This document shows, piece after piece, positions 22,349 to 35,392 of a DNA stretch of 64,000 bases; the first letter of the stretch is position 1, and every line of letters starts with the position of its first letter. Origin of the DNA: Selaginella moellendorffii. Lineage: Eukaryota > Plantae > Lycopodiophyta. The translations under genes and the position numbers were made by a program. The notes beneath the pieces were generated by a model, which saw only the letters and a list, made by a program, of their open reading frames with translations, made no database searches and was not told the DNA's origin. The stretch covers positions 60,452-124,451 of the forward strand of contig NW_003314266.1 in assembly GCF_000143415.4 (NCBI RefSeq), written 5' to 3'.

Positions 22349-24287
22349 TAAAGTCTAGAAGACGTGCTCTTCAAAGTGACTATATAAAGCTTAAGGGGAG
22401 CTGCACACAGTTTACCAATATTGACCACTTGACCAGCTTTTCCCACTCTCCCAACATACATTCTGACTTTGCAAACTCCAAGCATCATCCGAGAATTTGC
22501 AGGCGCTGTGAAAAGATCAGTAAAAAAGAAAACAGGCTTTCCAGAGCATCAAATTTACCAAGCCATCTGATGCTGAGCGAGCTTTAGAAGTACTCACACC
22601 TGACTCAGAGACACAGACGTGGACTCAGACCTCTCCTTCTTTACCACTGTAATCTATATTTGAGCCTTCAATCAAAAACCAGAAGCTAGAATCATACCTG
22701 TTGATGGCATTCTGGAATACGTTGCTGACAAAGAAGACAAAAAGTATTCAATAGTCTGCTGAATGGAGGCTTTCCACTTCGCATGATTGTCTTCGATGTC
22801 AGCTGATGTTAATGTAAGTGCCCGATCTCCAATAAACGTGCGGATCAAAGAAGTGAAGAACAGCAAGCCACCTTTATTGATAGGTTTGTCTGGACTTGCA
22901 GGAAGGGTCATCTCCTAAAAACATAAACATACATGTATAAACAAGAAGTAGAGCAATTGAAATACATGCTAACCGTTGCACAGAAGTGTAAACTTCCAAG
23001 CACATATTCATCGTCTGGAAATTGATTAAGATGGAAATACTGTTCAGAGAGAATCCGTGTGAAATCTCTCAACCTGGACTCCAAATCTTCCAAAGATACC
23101 TTCTCCTTGTCTGTAAATCAAATCTGTCAAAAATAAATGTAATTTGACTAATCTAACCTTGAATTGCCGTGTGAACGTTCAAGATCGTTCCATCTTTAAC
23201 CGTCACGATACCTTTTGGTCTTAGTACGCCGTAATTCCATCCTATAAAACACAAAACTTAGTTTGTTTAACCTGAAAGCTCCTCCTTTACCTCCTTTATA
23301 CCAATGATGAACGTAAATGGGTTCATATCTCCCCTTTTTCATGTTCAATTTGGCTGCTCGGATGGCATAACCAGCACCCTGATCAAGCTTCGTAGTAGTT
23401 CCTTTCCAGTCGCACTCGATAATAATCACAGTAACCAGATTGTTTGCTGGATCGAGCAACGGATCTCGAACATTTCCCTGAAACAAACAAAATCAGCGCA
23501 TACTAATCAATGTTTTTCTTTCTTGCCTTCAGATCATATCTGTCGAGGCCAACAAGATCATTTGGATCAAGCACACGCTCCTTGCCTTCATCCCCTTCGT
23601 GTCGAATATCATCGCCTTCTTGTTCAACCAATTGCACTGCCGAAGTTTTTTTGGAGTCAAAAGAGGGGGAGAAAAAAAAAAACAACTTACGATCTTCTAA
23701 TTGAAGCTGCTCCTTTCCTCCAACAACCACCTCGGAGTCTGCTTCTAGAGATGGGCTCGTAAGGAGCCTTATATTTTGTAGAATACTGGCGTATACAATT
23801 TTTGCGCCAAGTTCGGTCCCCATAGCTTTGAACTGCTGGCTAGTTCCTGCAACAGGCTCTAGAAGATTACCAACCGCTGCCTTGAATGCTGCTTCATCCA
23901 TCAGCTTTCCATCAGAAACATTATCTGGTGGCATATACCTCCGCTCTGGAACTACCTTGATATCCACAAACGGATTGTTTATTTCCAGTAAACGCCTATC
24001 GTAGCTGCTTTTCTGTAAACGAAATTTCATAAACATCTTACCATGGAAACCGAAACACTCACCTCTGCCTGAAAAGGGTTACCGAGATACTTGGCCCGTT
24101 TATTTGGTAGATCGTCCCAATATTTGTTTCCCACCTTTCTCTTGGACAAATTCGAAAGCTCTGCTTCCTTTCGAAGCACACGCTCCCGTAGACTTTCCAG
24201 CTCGCGAGATATCTTTTCTGCCTTTCGCTCCTCTGCTTCTTTCTTCCTTGTCTTTGGTACCACGGCCTTCCTAGCAGCCGCTCGCAT
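22349..24287 (-). CDS. Multi-exon orphan-family gene with putative PD-(D/E)xK (REase)-like motifs
   Basis: Phase-consistent exons 24287-24063, 24012-23691, 23636-23527 (GC donor), 23477-23291, 23241-23158, 23110-~22973 and ~22914-22698. The last small exons to a stop near 22349 are less certain. Telo-box near 24405. Confidence 0.7.
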
Positions 24288-24777
24288 CGTGCTGAGATGA
24301 GCAGCAGAAACCAATCGATAACCGCGGTCCAGCCCTCAGAGCAATTGATGATCCTCGAGACGCAAAGCAGGCCACTACAAACCACCAAAGCCCTAATGAG
24401 ATTTTAGGGTTTAGCTAAAACCTCCTTTTCTCAACGCTCTAGGGTCTAATCAAAAGGAAAACATAAGCAAAATATTCTATTTGTCAATCTGCAGTATAAT
24501 CCAGATTATAATTAGCAGTATTATAATTAGATTATCCAGAGATCAGCAAGGCCTTCGGGTCGGTTTTCCAAATGATGTCAAAGCCTTCCTTCAGCTTCTT
24601 TCCCGTTCGTAAAAATTGTTTCGAAAGTATCTTTAATAATCAAGTGGCAGCTCCACCTAAGTTCTAAAGTATTATACACCTTGCATTTTCTCGAGGAGAA
24701 GTTTTACCTTCGGCCTCTTTCACCGCACAAGGCATGCGACACATACAGTGGACACGAGCCGAGCCGGGAACTAGTTT

Positions 24778-24810
24778 TTGCCACGTACGAGCCTTATACA
24801 GTATAAATAT
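24778..24810 (+). promoter_or_regulatory. ABRE/G-box-like GCCACGTA and TATA box of ELIP
   Basis: TGCCACGTAC at about 24779 and TATAAAT at about 24802, roughly 85 bp before the ATG. Confidence 0.55.
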
Positions 24811-24886
24811 CTGCCATCTCAAATGTAAAGAAAGTAGTTCATTTGCACAGTTTATTTTTTCCTAGCTAGCTCGCAGCTCAAAAACA

Positions 24887-25640
24887 ATGGCACTCGTCTC
24901 AGGCAGCAGCATCGCAACTCTCTCTTCTTCCTCTCTCATCTCCAACAAGCTCCACCTCCAATCCCAATTGCCCAGGAGCTCCAGCTCGCGAAATCTAGTG
25001 GTGAGAGCGTCCTCGAACAAATCAAGGGATGGTGGCGATGGCGGCATCAGTGGCGTTCTCGACGGCACCAAGAAGGAGATAACCCGCGAGGAGGTGCTCA
25101 AGAACCAGGCCGAGAACGAGTCGGAGAAGCGCTCCGTGTTTGGAGCCGTCCCATCGTCCGGATCCTTCTATCCCAGGCCAGAGGTCGAGAGGCGACCAGA
25201 GACTGGCGATCGATCGTTCCCCAGCTTGATGGCGTTCGATGGAGCCGGCCCGGAAACGATCAACGGAAGACTGGTAAGCGATTGGTGATTTTTCTTCGCG
25301 TTTTTTTCTAGATCAACCAAGTAAGTAACGTGAACTTGTCAAACAGGCAATGGTAGGATTGGTGTGGGCATTCGCAGTGGAGCGAATGACGGGACAAACG
25401 GTGGCGGAGCAGCTCTACTCGCCGGGGAGCACTGGTCTTTTCCATTTTCTGGCGGTGGCACAGCTATTCGCGTACGCGTCGCTGGTGCCCATGTTTAAGG
25501 GCGAGAGCCCGGACAGCAGATCGTTTGGGCCATTTAGAGCCATGGCGGAGCGCTGGAATGGGCGAACCGCGATGCTTGGCTTCCTCGCCTTGGTGATCAC
25601 CGAGTTTTTCACCAAGACTCCAGTGTTCCACATGATGTAA
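24887..25640 (+). CDS. ELIP: Early light-induced protein (LHC superfamily)
   Basis: Exons 24887-25273 and 25347-25640. AFDGAGPETINGRLAMVG, ASLVPMFKG and AERWNGRTAMLGFLAL. Confidence 0.95.
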
Positions 25641-25829
25641 ATTTTTCTCAAAACGTAATTGCCATTCTTTAGCAACTTAAAGCATGCAGTAAAGCCCCCC
25701 ATGGTCGGACCATGTAAACGTCCGCCAATGAGAGCAGTAGATCTCAGTTTCAGACGGTCTTCTTGACAATGTAAAAACCAATTATAGTAATCACCGAGTT
25801 TTTCACCAGATGTCAATTTGTTAATATAG

Positions 25830-26500
25830 TGTTGTGTTTAAATCATTCCTGGTCCCAAAACCTTCTCGCACAATTGCTGCTCTTCATGTGGCCAAACTGG
25901 TGGCTGCCCCTTGAAAAGAGTAAAGATTCCATTCTTTTCACCCTGAATCCTCTTCCATTTGGCCTTGGCATGCTTCTTCCTGCGTTATTAGAAAAAGTAA
26001 AACCATCATCAGTCCTTATAATTCAATTTGGACTAGAGATTCTTTAAAGTACTTTGTCAATTCTTATATTTGTGGCTTGGGATTTGCCACTGGTGCCTTC
26101 TTGTTGTCATTCAGCTTTTTCTGCTGCTCCTACAAACAGCATAACATCTTCCTCTTCCTCTGCTCAAGAATCTTTCCCCACAAATTTTTGTTGATCTCGC
26201 TCTTCCTTTGCTGACTCTTCAGCAACTACCAAATGATTCATTGATCCTTTCTAAAGAAATGGGCAATTCTTGGCTCAATGATCATCAACTACACACCTAA
26301 AGCATTTCTTAGATTTTTGGAATAAAACAAATTTTCTATTTCCACTGTCAGCTAACTTTTTATCAAAAAATGACTCAAATATCCTCACCTGATTGAGAGC
26401 TTCTCTTAACTCATATCGTCCAGCTTGGAACAAGAGACGTTTCCCATGGTTTCCAAAGTTCGAATGCATCCCTGAGTACCAAGATCTGCCAACGTACAGT
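25830..26500 (-). mobile_element. Possible decayed retrotransposon gag remnant
   Basis: Stop-ridden, CpG-poor sequence with an eroded zinc-knuckle-like QFGHMKSSNC near 25865-25900. Confidence 0.3.
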
Positions 26501-26682
26501 AAATGGTGACCTTATGGCAGATGTGCTTGTAGCTCTAGATCAATATGGGATTGCTCATCGTCTACATGATCATCATAGGTAAAGTCACTTTTTCTCTCAC
26601 ATCTACTCTCCTTTGGAACCATTCTTTTTTTGTTCTCGAGCATGTGTTTCACCTTTGTTTCGTCCCCGTGCCTTCCAGGTGG

Positions 26683-26910
26683 TGCCATGCGATCTCATAG
26701 TGGGAGAGGCTACATATCTGCCTCAATGCTCCGGTTTCCACTGGATAGAAACGCAAGGTTGGGTGATGGCGGCAAAGAGGATGGCAAGACCATATTGTGT
26801 TGGAGACCGTGTTCTTCTCTGGAGCTGAGAAGCGTGGAAAAGCTCTCGCGTGGCCATGGTGAAGCGACAAGAATCTTTGTGAGCTCTCACTTATTTTCTT
26901 CGTTTCAAGC
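26683..26910 (+). pseudogene. 3' fragment of the orphan family (third copy of the 17575-17815 segment)
   Basis: PCDLIVGEATYLPQ, MLRFPLDRNAR, GDRVL, LRSVEKLSR and ATRIFVSS. Confidence 0.8.
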
Positions 26911-27078
26911 TTCGTGGAAGTTAGGACCCGAAAGACGCATCACCGACATCCCACCGTCCCTAGTGAACGAGAAATATTTCGTTGTGGAGCTCCATGATCT
27001 CTTCAATCCAGGCCGCCGCTCGCTGGAGCTAAAGCTACCGATAGGCCGCATTGCTCCACAAATTCTAGGGTTCTTTTG

Positions 27079-28257
27079 ATGGCTCCATCTTCCAGCGCTT
27101 ATATACTCACTCGTAGCAATTCCAATGGTTTGCAAGATATGGATATTTCTTGCTTCGAAGAGCCAGAGGTCAGCTCTACTCGGAGTTGAAGCCCCGGTGC
27201 GCATGCTTCCATCTCCTTGAATCATTCTGCAGCCTAGAAGATCTTTCGCTTGGTCAAGGCAGTAATGCGCAACGGCAGCCATCTCTTCACGCCGAGGTTC
27301 AAAGTCTTGATCTTGTGGGTCGAGTTTCCAGAAGTACTTCTAGAGCTAGATCTCTGCTTCCTCTCCTTGGAATCTCCACACCTTGAGGTGTTCTCCATCG
27401 GCTCATTCTTGGCTATCCAATGCAAGGCCCTCCCACGCTTGACGAGGCTCACGTGATGCAGTCTAGGCTTTCGAATCGACAGGCAGAGTGCCAAGACAGA
27501 TCTGGAGGAGTTTGTGAGCATGGCAACGCTTCTGGAGTACTTGAGCTTGCAAATGGTGGACGTCAACCTAGAGTTACACAACCCCAACGTGAACTACTTG
27601 GAGCTCCTGAGTTGCACAGGCCCATGGCACTGATAAATGTGAGTGGACGACTGGTCACACAGGGTAAGATCCTTGAGAGGGTGCACTTTTGTGGTTTGTT
27701 CTAGCTAAATGTTGTTTCTTCTCTGCTTAATTTGTTATGTAATTTGGAAATAGTGTTCTTCAGTTGGAGTGCTAAAGTAATATTTATAGTCTTCCAAAAG
27801 GAATAAAAGCCAGCATTTTGGATTTTTTCATGCGCTTACCCAGCATCCGAGAGCTGAGGACGAACCTGAGCATGTAGCGGATAAGCTTTGCAGTGTACTT
27901 GATTGATTATTTGATTCATCGGTGCCTCACTGGATTTTTGTTGGTGATCAGGGATTCAGGAGTGACAAACACAGAAAGCTCAAACTCGAGAAGCTCCAAG
28001 TTTTGGACGTCTGGCTGCCATTTTCCAGCCCAGGCGAGAACAACAAAGAGCAAGAGATGGCAACCAAAGTTTTGCTGGCAGCAATTGACTGTCGAGATTT
28101 CTATAGATCATTCCTTTCGAAACGCTTGCACTTGTATTTCACAGGGAATTTTGATTGGCGTTACCGTTCAAGGTGGCCCCGAATGTTCAACGACAAAATC
28201 TGCCAACAACAGCTCCGGAAGAGGTTGAAACTTCAAATGGTATTTCTCTTCTATTAG
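27079..28257 (+). pseudogene. F-box family pseudogene, paralogue of 19737-21235
   Basis: Shared segments SHLFTPRFKVL, VDVNLELHNPNVNYLEL, LKLEKLQVLDV, ATKVLLAA and WPRMF, with multiple frameshifts. Confidence 0.75.
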
Positions 28258-28461
28258 GATTCTTCAAAGATATGCTGTTTACTTTTCTTCGTTTCAAGAG
28301 CTCATCTCTCAACTTAAGATCCACATTTTGAAAAGCTTTGCTATTATCTCATTAAGATCGAGAGTTTTACAAGCTCGGTTTTGGCCTCTCTGCATTTCCA
28401 ACCGGCTGGAAAAAAGACATGGCCTGGCGCTCTACACATGGATACGTACAGTGAATGATCT

Positions 28462-30087
28462 CTAGAACCAAGTCCGCGTACCATTGCTGACGCCTGGTTT
28501 GTCTTTCTTGGATCCCGGACTGATGATCCCGTACACGTTTGTTGTGATTGCCGTGATGCTAGAAACCACTGCCAGGATCACCATGATCGACGCTATCGTT
28601 TTGTCATATCCCGTGGCGATGCCGTGCTTATCCCTGCGTGACGAGAGCCGGGTGGTGAGCGGGTACGGTACTCTAGGCGGTAAAACTTTGATGCTTACCT
28701 CAGAGCGATAATCCCCGGGAAGACAAAGCCGATGCACACCGCCGCTGTGGCTCCCGTGAACTGGAACACCGTCCAGATGTTTGGGACGAGCGTGGAGCCG
28801 AAAAAAATCACGAGGATGAGGACGGTGGTGATGCACGCGAACCGCCGGTTGTCCTCGGAGATTGGAGCGGACTTTGGGAAGAGCAGGGAGTCGAGGTTGA
28901 TCCGGAGGGAAAAATGGATTAGCGGGAAGACTAGCATGAGATGGACGGCGTAGCCAACTCGGACAATCCCGGCCAGGACTTTGCCATATGGGATCCGGAG
29001 GTCGGCGTCAAAGTTGGCGAGTACGTCGTCCATGGTGCTGGCGCCGAAGAGAAGGTAGCCAAACAGAGCTGTCGCAATGTACACGAAGGTGCAGATGGTG
29101 ATGGAGACGCGGCAGATCTTCTGCATGGAGGCAGGATCGTCGAGCTCGTTGGCGATGGGATGAACTGCAGCAAAAGGATTGCCATGAGCCAAAGAAAGCG
29201 ATGGACGACTTACGGTTGTGGTGACAAATATAAGCAGTCACAATGACTGGCACGGCCGTGAACAGCTTCCAGAACGAGAACTGATCGTGGACGTCGGGCA
29301 GCCATCTTGGCGAAGGGATCTCCTTGTACATCAGCTTCGTGGCAGTAATCACCCCAGTGACCACGACGAAAACAACAGCCAGAGCAATGGACAGAGCTGA
29401 CGAAAACCTTAGCGAATCTGCAAGAGCATGGCAGCTTTTAGACATTAATATCGAAGAACCAAAACAAAAACAAAAGAGAAAAGAGAAAAGGAAGATTGGC
29501 TCACCAACACGCTTGAAAGACACCAACGGGACCAAGACCAGCACTGTTGTCAGTAGGAGTATAAAAAATCTCCCATTCCACCAGAAGGAGCCGCCACCCC
29601 ACTCTTCCAAAACTCCGGAGTGATGAGCAGCGCCCTGACCAGAACCCGACAACACATCACCTGGAGAGATTTCCCACACGAGGACGAAACAAAGGTGAAA
29701 CACATGCTCAAGAACAAAAAAAATGGTCCACGGAAGGAGTAAATGCGAGAGAAAAGGTCACTTTACCTATGATGATCATGTAGACGATGAGCAACCCCAC
29801 ATTATTGACGATGATCGAGAGCTGCAAGAGCGTCCGCCCAGTGATCCCAAATGCGTCCGCCATGAGCGAGCTGTAGCTCAGCGAATTCGCGGCCTTGGAG
29901 AAGCGCAGGAGAATCTCCAGCGACGCGTCCGTGAGAATGCCGACGAACACGATCGTGATCATCCCCAGGAAGATCCCCAGCTCCTTTTGCGTCGCCGGCA
30001 ATGCCATAATCCCGGCCCCAACGATCGTGGTGAGGAGATTGAAGACCGCGCTGGGAGCCGAGGCGCCGGAGATTCCCACCTCGAAGC

Positions 30088-30118
<31 letters not shown>

Positions 30119-30199
30119 CCGCCGCTTCGGCAGCAATGGCGAGCTCTCCGTGGCCGGATTATCGGTGATCGCCACGGCCGTGTGACCTGACGACGCCAT
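28462..30199 (-). CDS. Amino acid transporter, AVT6 type (Aa_trans family)
   Basis: AVFNLLTTIVGAGIMALPAT, AVPVIVTAYICHHN, VHPIANEL, LANFDADL, FQFTGAT. Five exons and a poly-Glu (GAG)n tract near the N-terminus. Confidence 0.93.
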
Positions 30200-30546
30200 G
30201 GAGGAGCTCTGCGATCCAATCAAGACGCGCAATCTGCCGCAACTTGCACAGCGAATCGAATCGAAATTCTCGGGAAATCTCTACCTGGAACAGCGTCGTC
30301 GCGGCGAGGAGCGAGGATTTTGCGCGAATCACAGCAAAGAAAGACGAGAAGAGAGGAGCGCCTTCCTCGGCGTCAAGAATCAAGGAAGAACCCCAATAGA
30401 ATCTATTGCACGGTGGAACTCTATATGGGCAAGAACGGACGGCCAGGATCTTCCCGGCACGCGTTCCCGAATATTCGTGTTCTTTATTCCCACCCCACTA
30501 AAGAAAAATTAAAGAATGGTCCGTGCTACAAAAATACGAAGAACTT

Positions 30547-32365
<1,819 letters not shown>

Positions 32366-32571
32366 AGCTCTCCAAGAACTTCTACAAAGAGGAGCTACTA
32401 GAGAATGGTAAAGCCCTACCTTGGTTAATCAACCACCATCCTCGGCCCACATTTTGCCGCGTGGCCCCCACATTTGTCCCAACACTGTATTTAGCAAAAT
32501 CCCGAAGAAAAAGAAGCATATTCGCTCCTCTCTGCCCGGATAAGTCTCGAGCACCTCGCTCCTCTTTGGCG

Positions 32572-33033
32572 ATGGCGAAGTGGAATGGTACAGCTCGGGG
32601 ACGACTCGCCGCTCCGATCGAGAAGGTCTGGAAAATTACGTCCAATTTCGGGGGGCTGATGGAGTGGTCTCGCATTGGCGCCATGAAATCGTGCGAGATC
32701 TCGGAGGGAGAGAATGGGATTCCTGGCTGCGTGAGGAAGATCACGGCCGAATTGCCCGACAGTGGAGGCAGCGCAGAGATTCACGAGACGCTGCTGGAGC
32801 TGGACGACGCGAATCACATCCTGAGGTACAAGATCCACGCCCCAGCGGTGGACCTCTTTGATGGTCTCCATCCCACTCTCAAGCTTTTGGATCGCGATGG
32901 AAGCACGGAGATCGAATGGGGCTACGAAGTCGATGCCGATCCCGCGGATCCGGCCAAGGAGCAGCGAATTGCCGCCGCTGTTCTTGGATTCTACAGTGCG
33001 GGCATTGAAAATCTCAAGAAGATCGTCGAATGA
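32572..33033 (+). CDS. SRPBCC/polyketide-cyclase (lachrymatory-factor-synthase-like) protein, copy 1
   Basis: MAKWNG...APIEKVWKITSNFGGL...GENGIPGCVR...ETLLELDD. Intronless. Confidence 0.88.
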   Translation: MAKWNGTARGRLAAPIEKVWKITSNFGGLMEWSRIGAMKSCEISEGENGIPGCVRKITAELPDSGGSAEIHETLLELDDANHILRYKIHAPAVDLFDGLHPTLKLLDRDGSTEIEWGYEVDADPADPAKEQRIAAAVLGFYSAGIENLKKIVE

Positions 33034-33196
33034 GAGAATCCTAGTATTATTTTTAATAATATAACGTTGACTTTTAAGTTGGCCTGACGCTGAGATGGGG
33101 ATCGATACGAAGTTTTCTTTGCTAGCTTTGAAATTTTCTTCGTTGTTTTTATTACATTTGTGATCTTGGTCATTGAGAAATTTACTCTGCTTTGCA

Positions 33197-33259
33197 TTGA
33201 CTTTTATTGACTTTGTAAAGATTTTGACTTTCATTGACTTGCATTGACTTTCATTGACT
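33197..33259 (+). promoter_or_regulatory. Cluster of six TTGACT (W-box) motifs
   Basis: Motif starts at 33197, 33207, 33224, 33234, 33244 and 33254. Confidence 0.5.
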
Positions 33260-33682
33260 TTTGGGGCCGAGCTCCTCAGGACGAGGCAAAGAGCATCGCC
33301 ACGATCGTATTTATCAATGCCGGCACTGGAGATCATGGCGCGGCGCCAAACCATAAGGAAGAACAGAGTCCTCCACTTGGAATCAAGGTCACACATCAAC
33401 GCAACTTCAGACTGGACCTCCACGGCCTGATGAATGAATTTGAGCAAGAGATCGAGCAATGCTCTGGCCGTGTGGATCCACCACAGAGAGAAACTCACAA
33501 TGTACCACATATTGCCAGGAGACAGCCCACCAAAATCTTCGGCCTAGAACAAATGGCTACCTGGAATCGTCATGCGATCGCAAAGTACCCGGGCATGGGA
33601 AGTCACCTATTACCGATAGATAGATCGTGAGGCCAAAGCCCGGATAGGTCTCGGGCTCGATTCCGTACAAAGGATTTGCGCG

Positions 33683-34135
33683 ATGGCGAAGTGGAATGCA
33701 ACAGCTCGTGGACAGATCGCCGCTCCGATCGACAAGGTCTGGAAAATCACGTCCGATTTCGGGGGTCTGATGGAGTGGTGCGACACTGGCGCCATGAAAT
33801 CCTGCGAGATCGCGGAGGGCGAGAATGGGATTCCCGGCTGCGTGAGGAAGATCACGGCCGCATTGCCCGACAATGGAGGCAGCGCGGAGATTCTCGAGAC
33901 GCTGCTGGAGCTGGACGACGCGAATCACGTCCTGAAATACGAGATCCAGGCCCCGGAAATGCCCCTCCTCCATGCCACTCTCAAGCTTTTGGATCGCGAT
34001 GGGAGCACGGAGATCGAATGGGGCTACGAGGTCGATGCCGATCCCGCGGATCCGGCCAAGGAGCAGCAAATCGCCGACGCTGTTCTTGGAATCTACAATG
34101 GGGACATTGAAAATCTCAAGAAGATCGTCGAATGA
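33683..34135 (+). CDS. SRPBCC/polyketide-cyclase protein, copy 2 (tandem duplicate)
   Basis: Highly similar to copy 1, with the same ending IENLKKIVE and the same post-stop GAGAATC. Confidence 0.88.
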   Translation: MAKWNATARGQIAAPIDKVWKITSDFGGLMEWCDTGAMKSCEIAEGENGIPGCVRKITAALPDNGGSAEILETLLELDDANHVLKYEIQAPEMPLLHATLKLLDRDGSTEIEWGYEVDADPADPAKEQQIADAVLGIYNGDIENLKKIVE

Positions 34136-34287
34136 GAGAATCAAGGCATTATTATAAAATTCTAGCGTTGCTTTTTTAGGGCTCTCCCCGGTTCCAGCCA
34201 GGGTTGGATCGATCGATCGGTTGCTTGGGCTAGCGAATTGGAGGCGCGATCTCACTGCCGCAGGCTCGATTTTTCCGGCGCTGCAAG

Positions 34288-34885
34288 ATGGGGCTCGATA
34301 TGAGGTTTGCTTTGCTAGCTGAGAAAATGAAGAGAATTTTTCCCTTCGAAATTTTCTTCTCTGTTCTTCAGTAAGTTCCAGAGTCTTAGCGATCACGGCA
34401 ACGTTCTCGTGATGAATTCAAGGCAAGAATGGCTGGCGAAGCTGGACGAGGCAAAGCGAAGCGGAAAAGTGGTAAATTTCTTCATCGCTTTCCTTTTCGT
34501 TTCTTTGAAAGAAAGCAAAGAAACTGTGATGCTTTGCGTGTAGATCGTCGTGGACTTTACAGCGACATGGTGTGGCCCTTGCAAGGCGATGGCTCCCATT
34601 TTCGTGGATCTCTCGAAACAGTTTGAGCAGCTCATCTTTGTCAAGGTCGACGTCGATGCGCTCAAGGCAAGTTTTTTCTTTTCTTTCTTTGTGCTTGTAT
34701 ACAGCGATCGATCGATCCATTGAAACTCTCTGCCTGGTTCTCCTCAGGACGTCGCTCAAGACTGGTCCGTCCAAGCAATGCCGACCTTCATCTTCATCAA
34801 AGACGGCAAGCTCCTGGACAAGATCGTTGGCGCAAACAAATCCGAGCTCCAGCGCAAGGCGGCAATGTACGCGACCGGAGGATAA
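34288..34885 (+). CDS. Thioredoxin h
   Basis: Exons 34288-34304, 34390-~34471, ~34544-34666 and 34748-34885. WCGPC active site and VQAMPTFIF. The third intron is GC-AG. Confidence 0.92.
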
Positions 34886-35392
34886 TTGCCAGCATCCCAA
34901 TCGATCACCAAGCTCCCGAGCTCTCACATAAAACTCTCTATTCCAGATTATACATGACAATGCATACACTACACTTTTGAGAAAGTTGCAATGCTATGGT
35001 CAAAGAAGATGCTTCCTTTGCCTCAAAGAGAAGTCACAATCTATAGCTATAGATTTATCGATTATATCCTTTTAGCATCGCAAGAGATGCTACCACCACC
35101 TTGAGCTATGATTGATCCAATGATAGAAACACTGTAGGGGTTTAGAACACCTAAAATTCCTTGGTTGTTCGTGGTTCGTAGTAGCCAGTTGGCAAAGGCA
35201 CAGGCATTAATGTCTGCGCAATGTCCATCACATTTATCTCGCATGCGGTGAGTGAGAGAGGGATGTAAGAATTCCTGGCAGACCGGGCATCACGAACTCC
35301 ACAGTACTGTACTCCTCCTCTTCTCCTCGGCAGCGCTCTGCTAGATTGGAGCAGCGCGGAGCTTCTCTCGATCGATCGATAGCTCTACTGCA

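Noticed and set aside
24887-25810. ELIP tandem expansion as in desiccation-tolerant species
   Set aside because: Only one ELIP is present. The 18-nt echo TCACCGAGTTTTTCACCA at about 25791 is too short to be a second copy.
32491-34396. Long minus-strand ORFs (339 and 279 aa)
   Set aside because: Antisense shadows of the GC3-rich SRPBCC genes.
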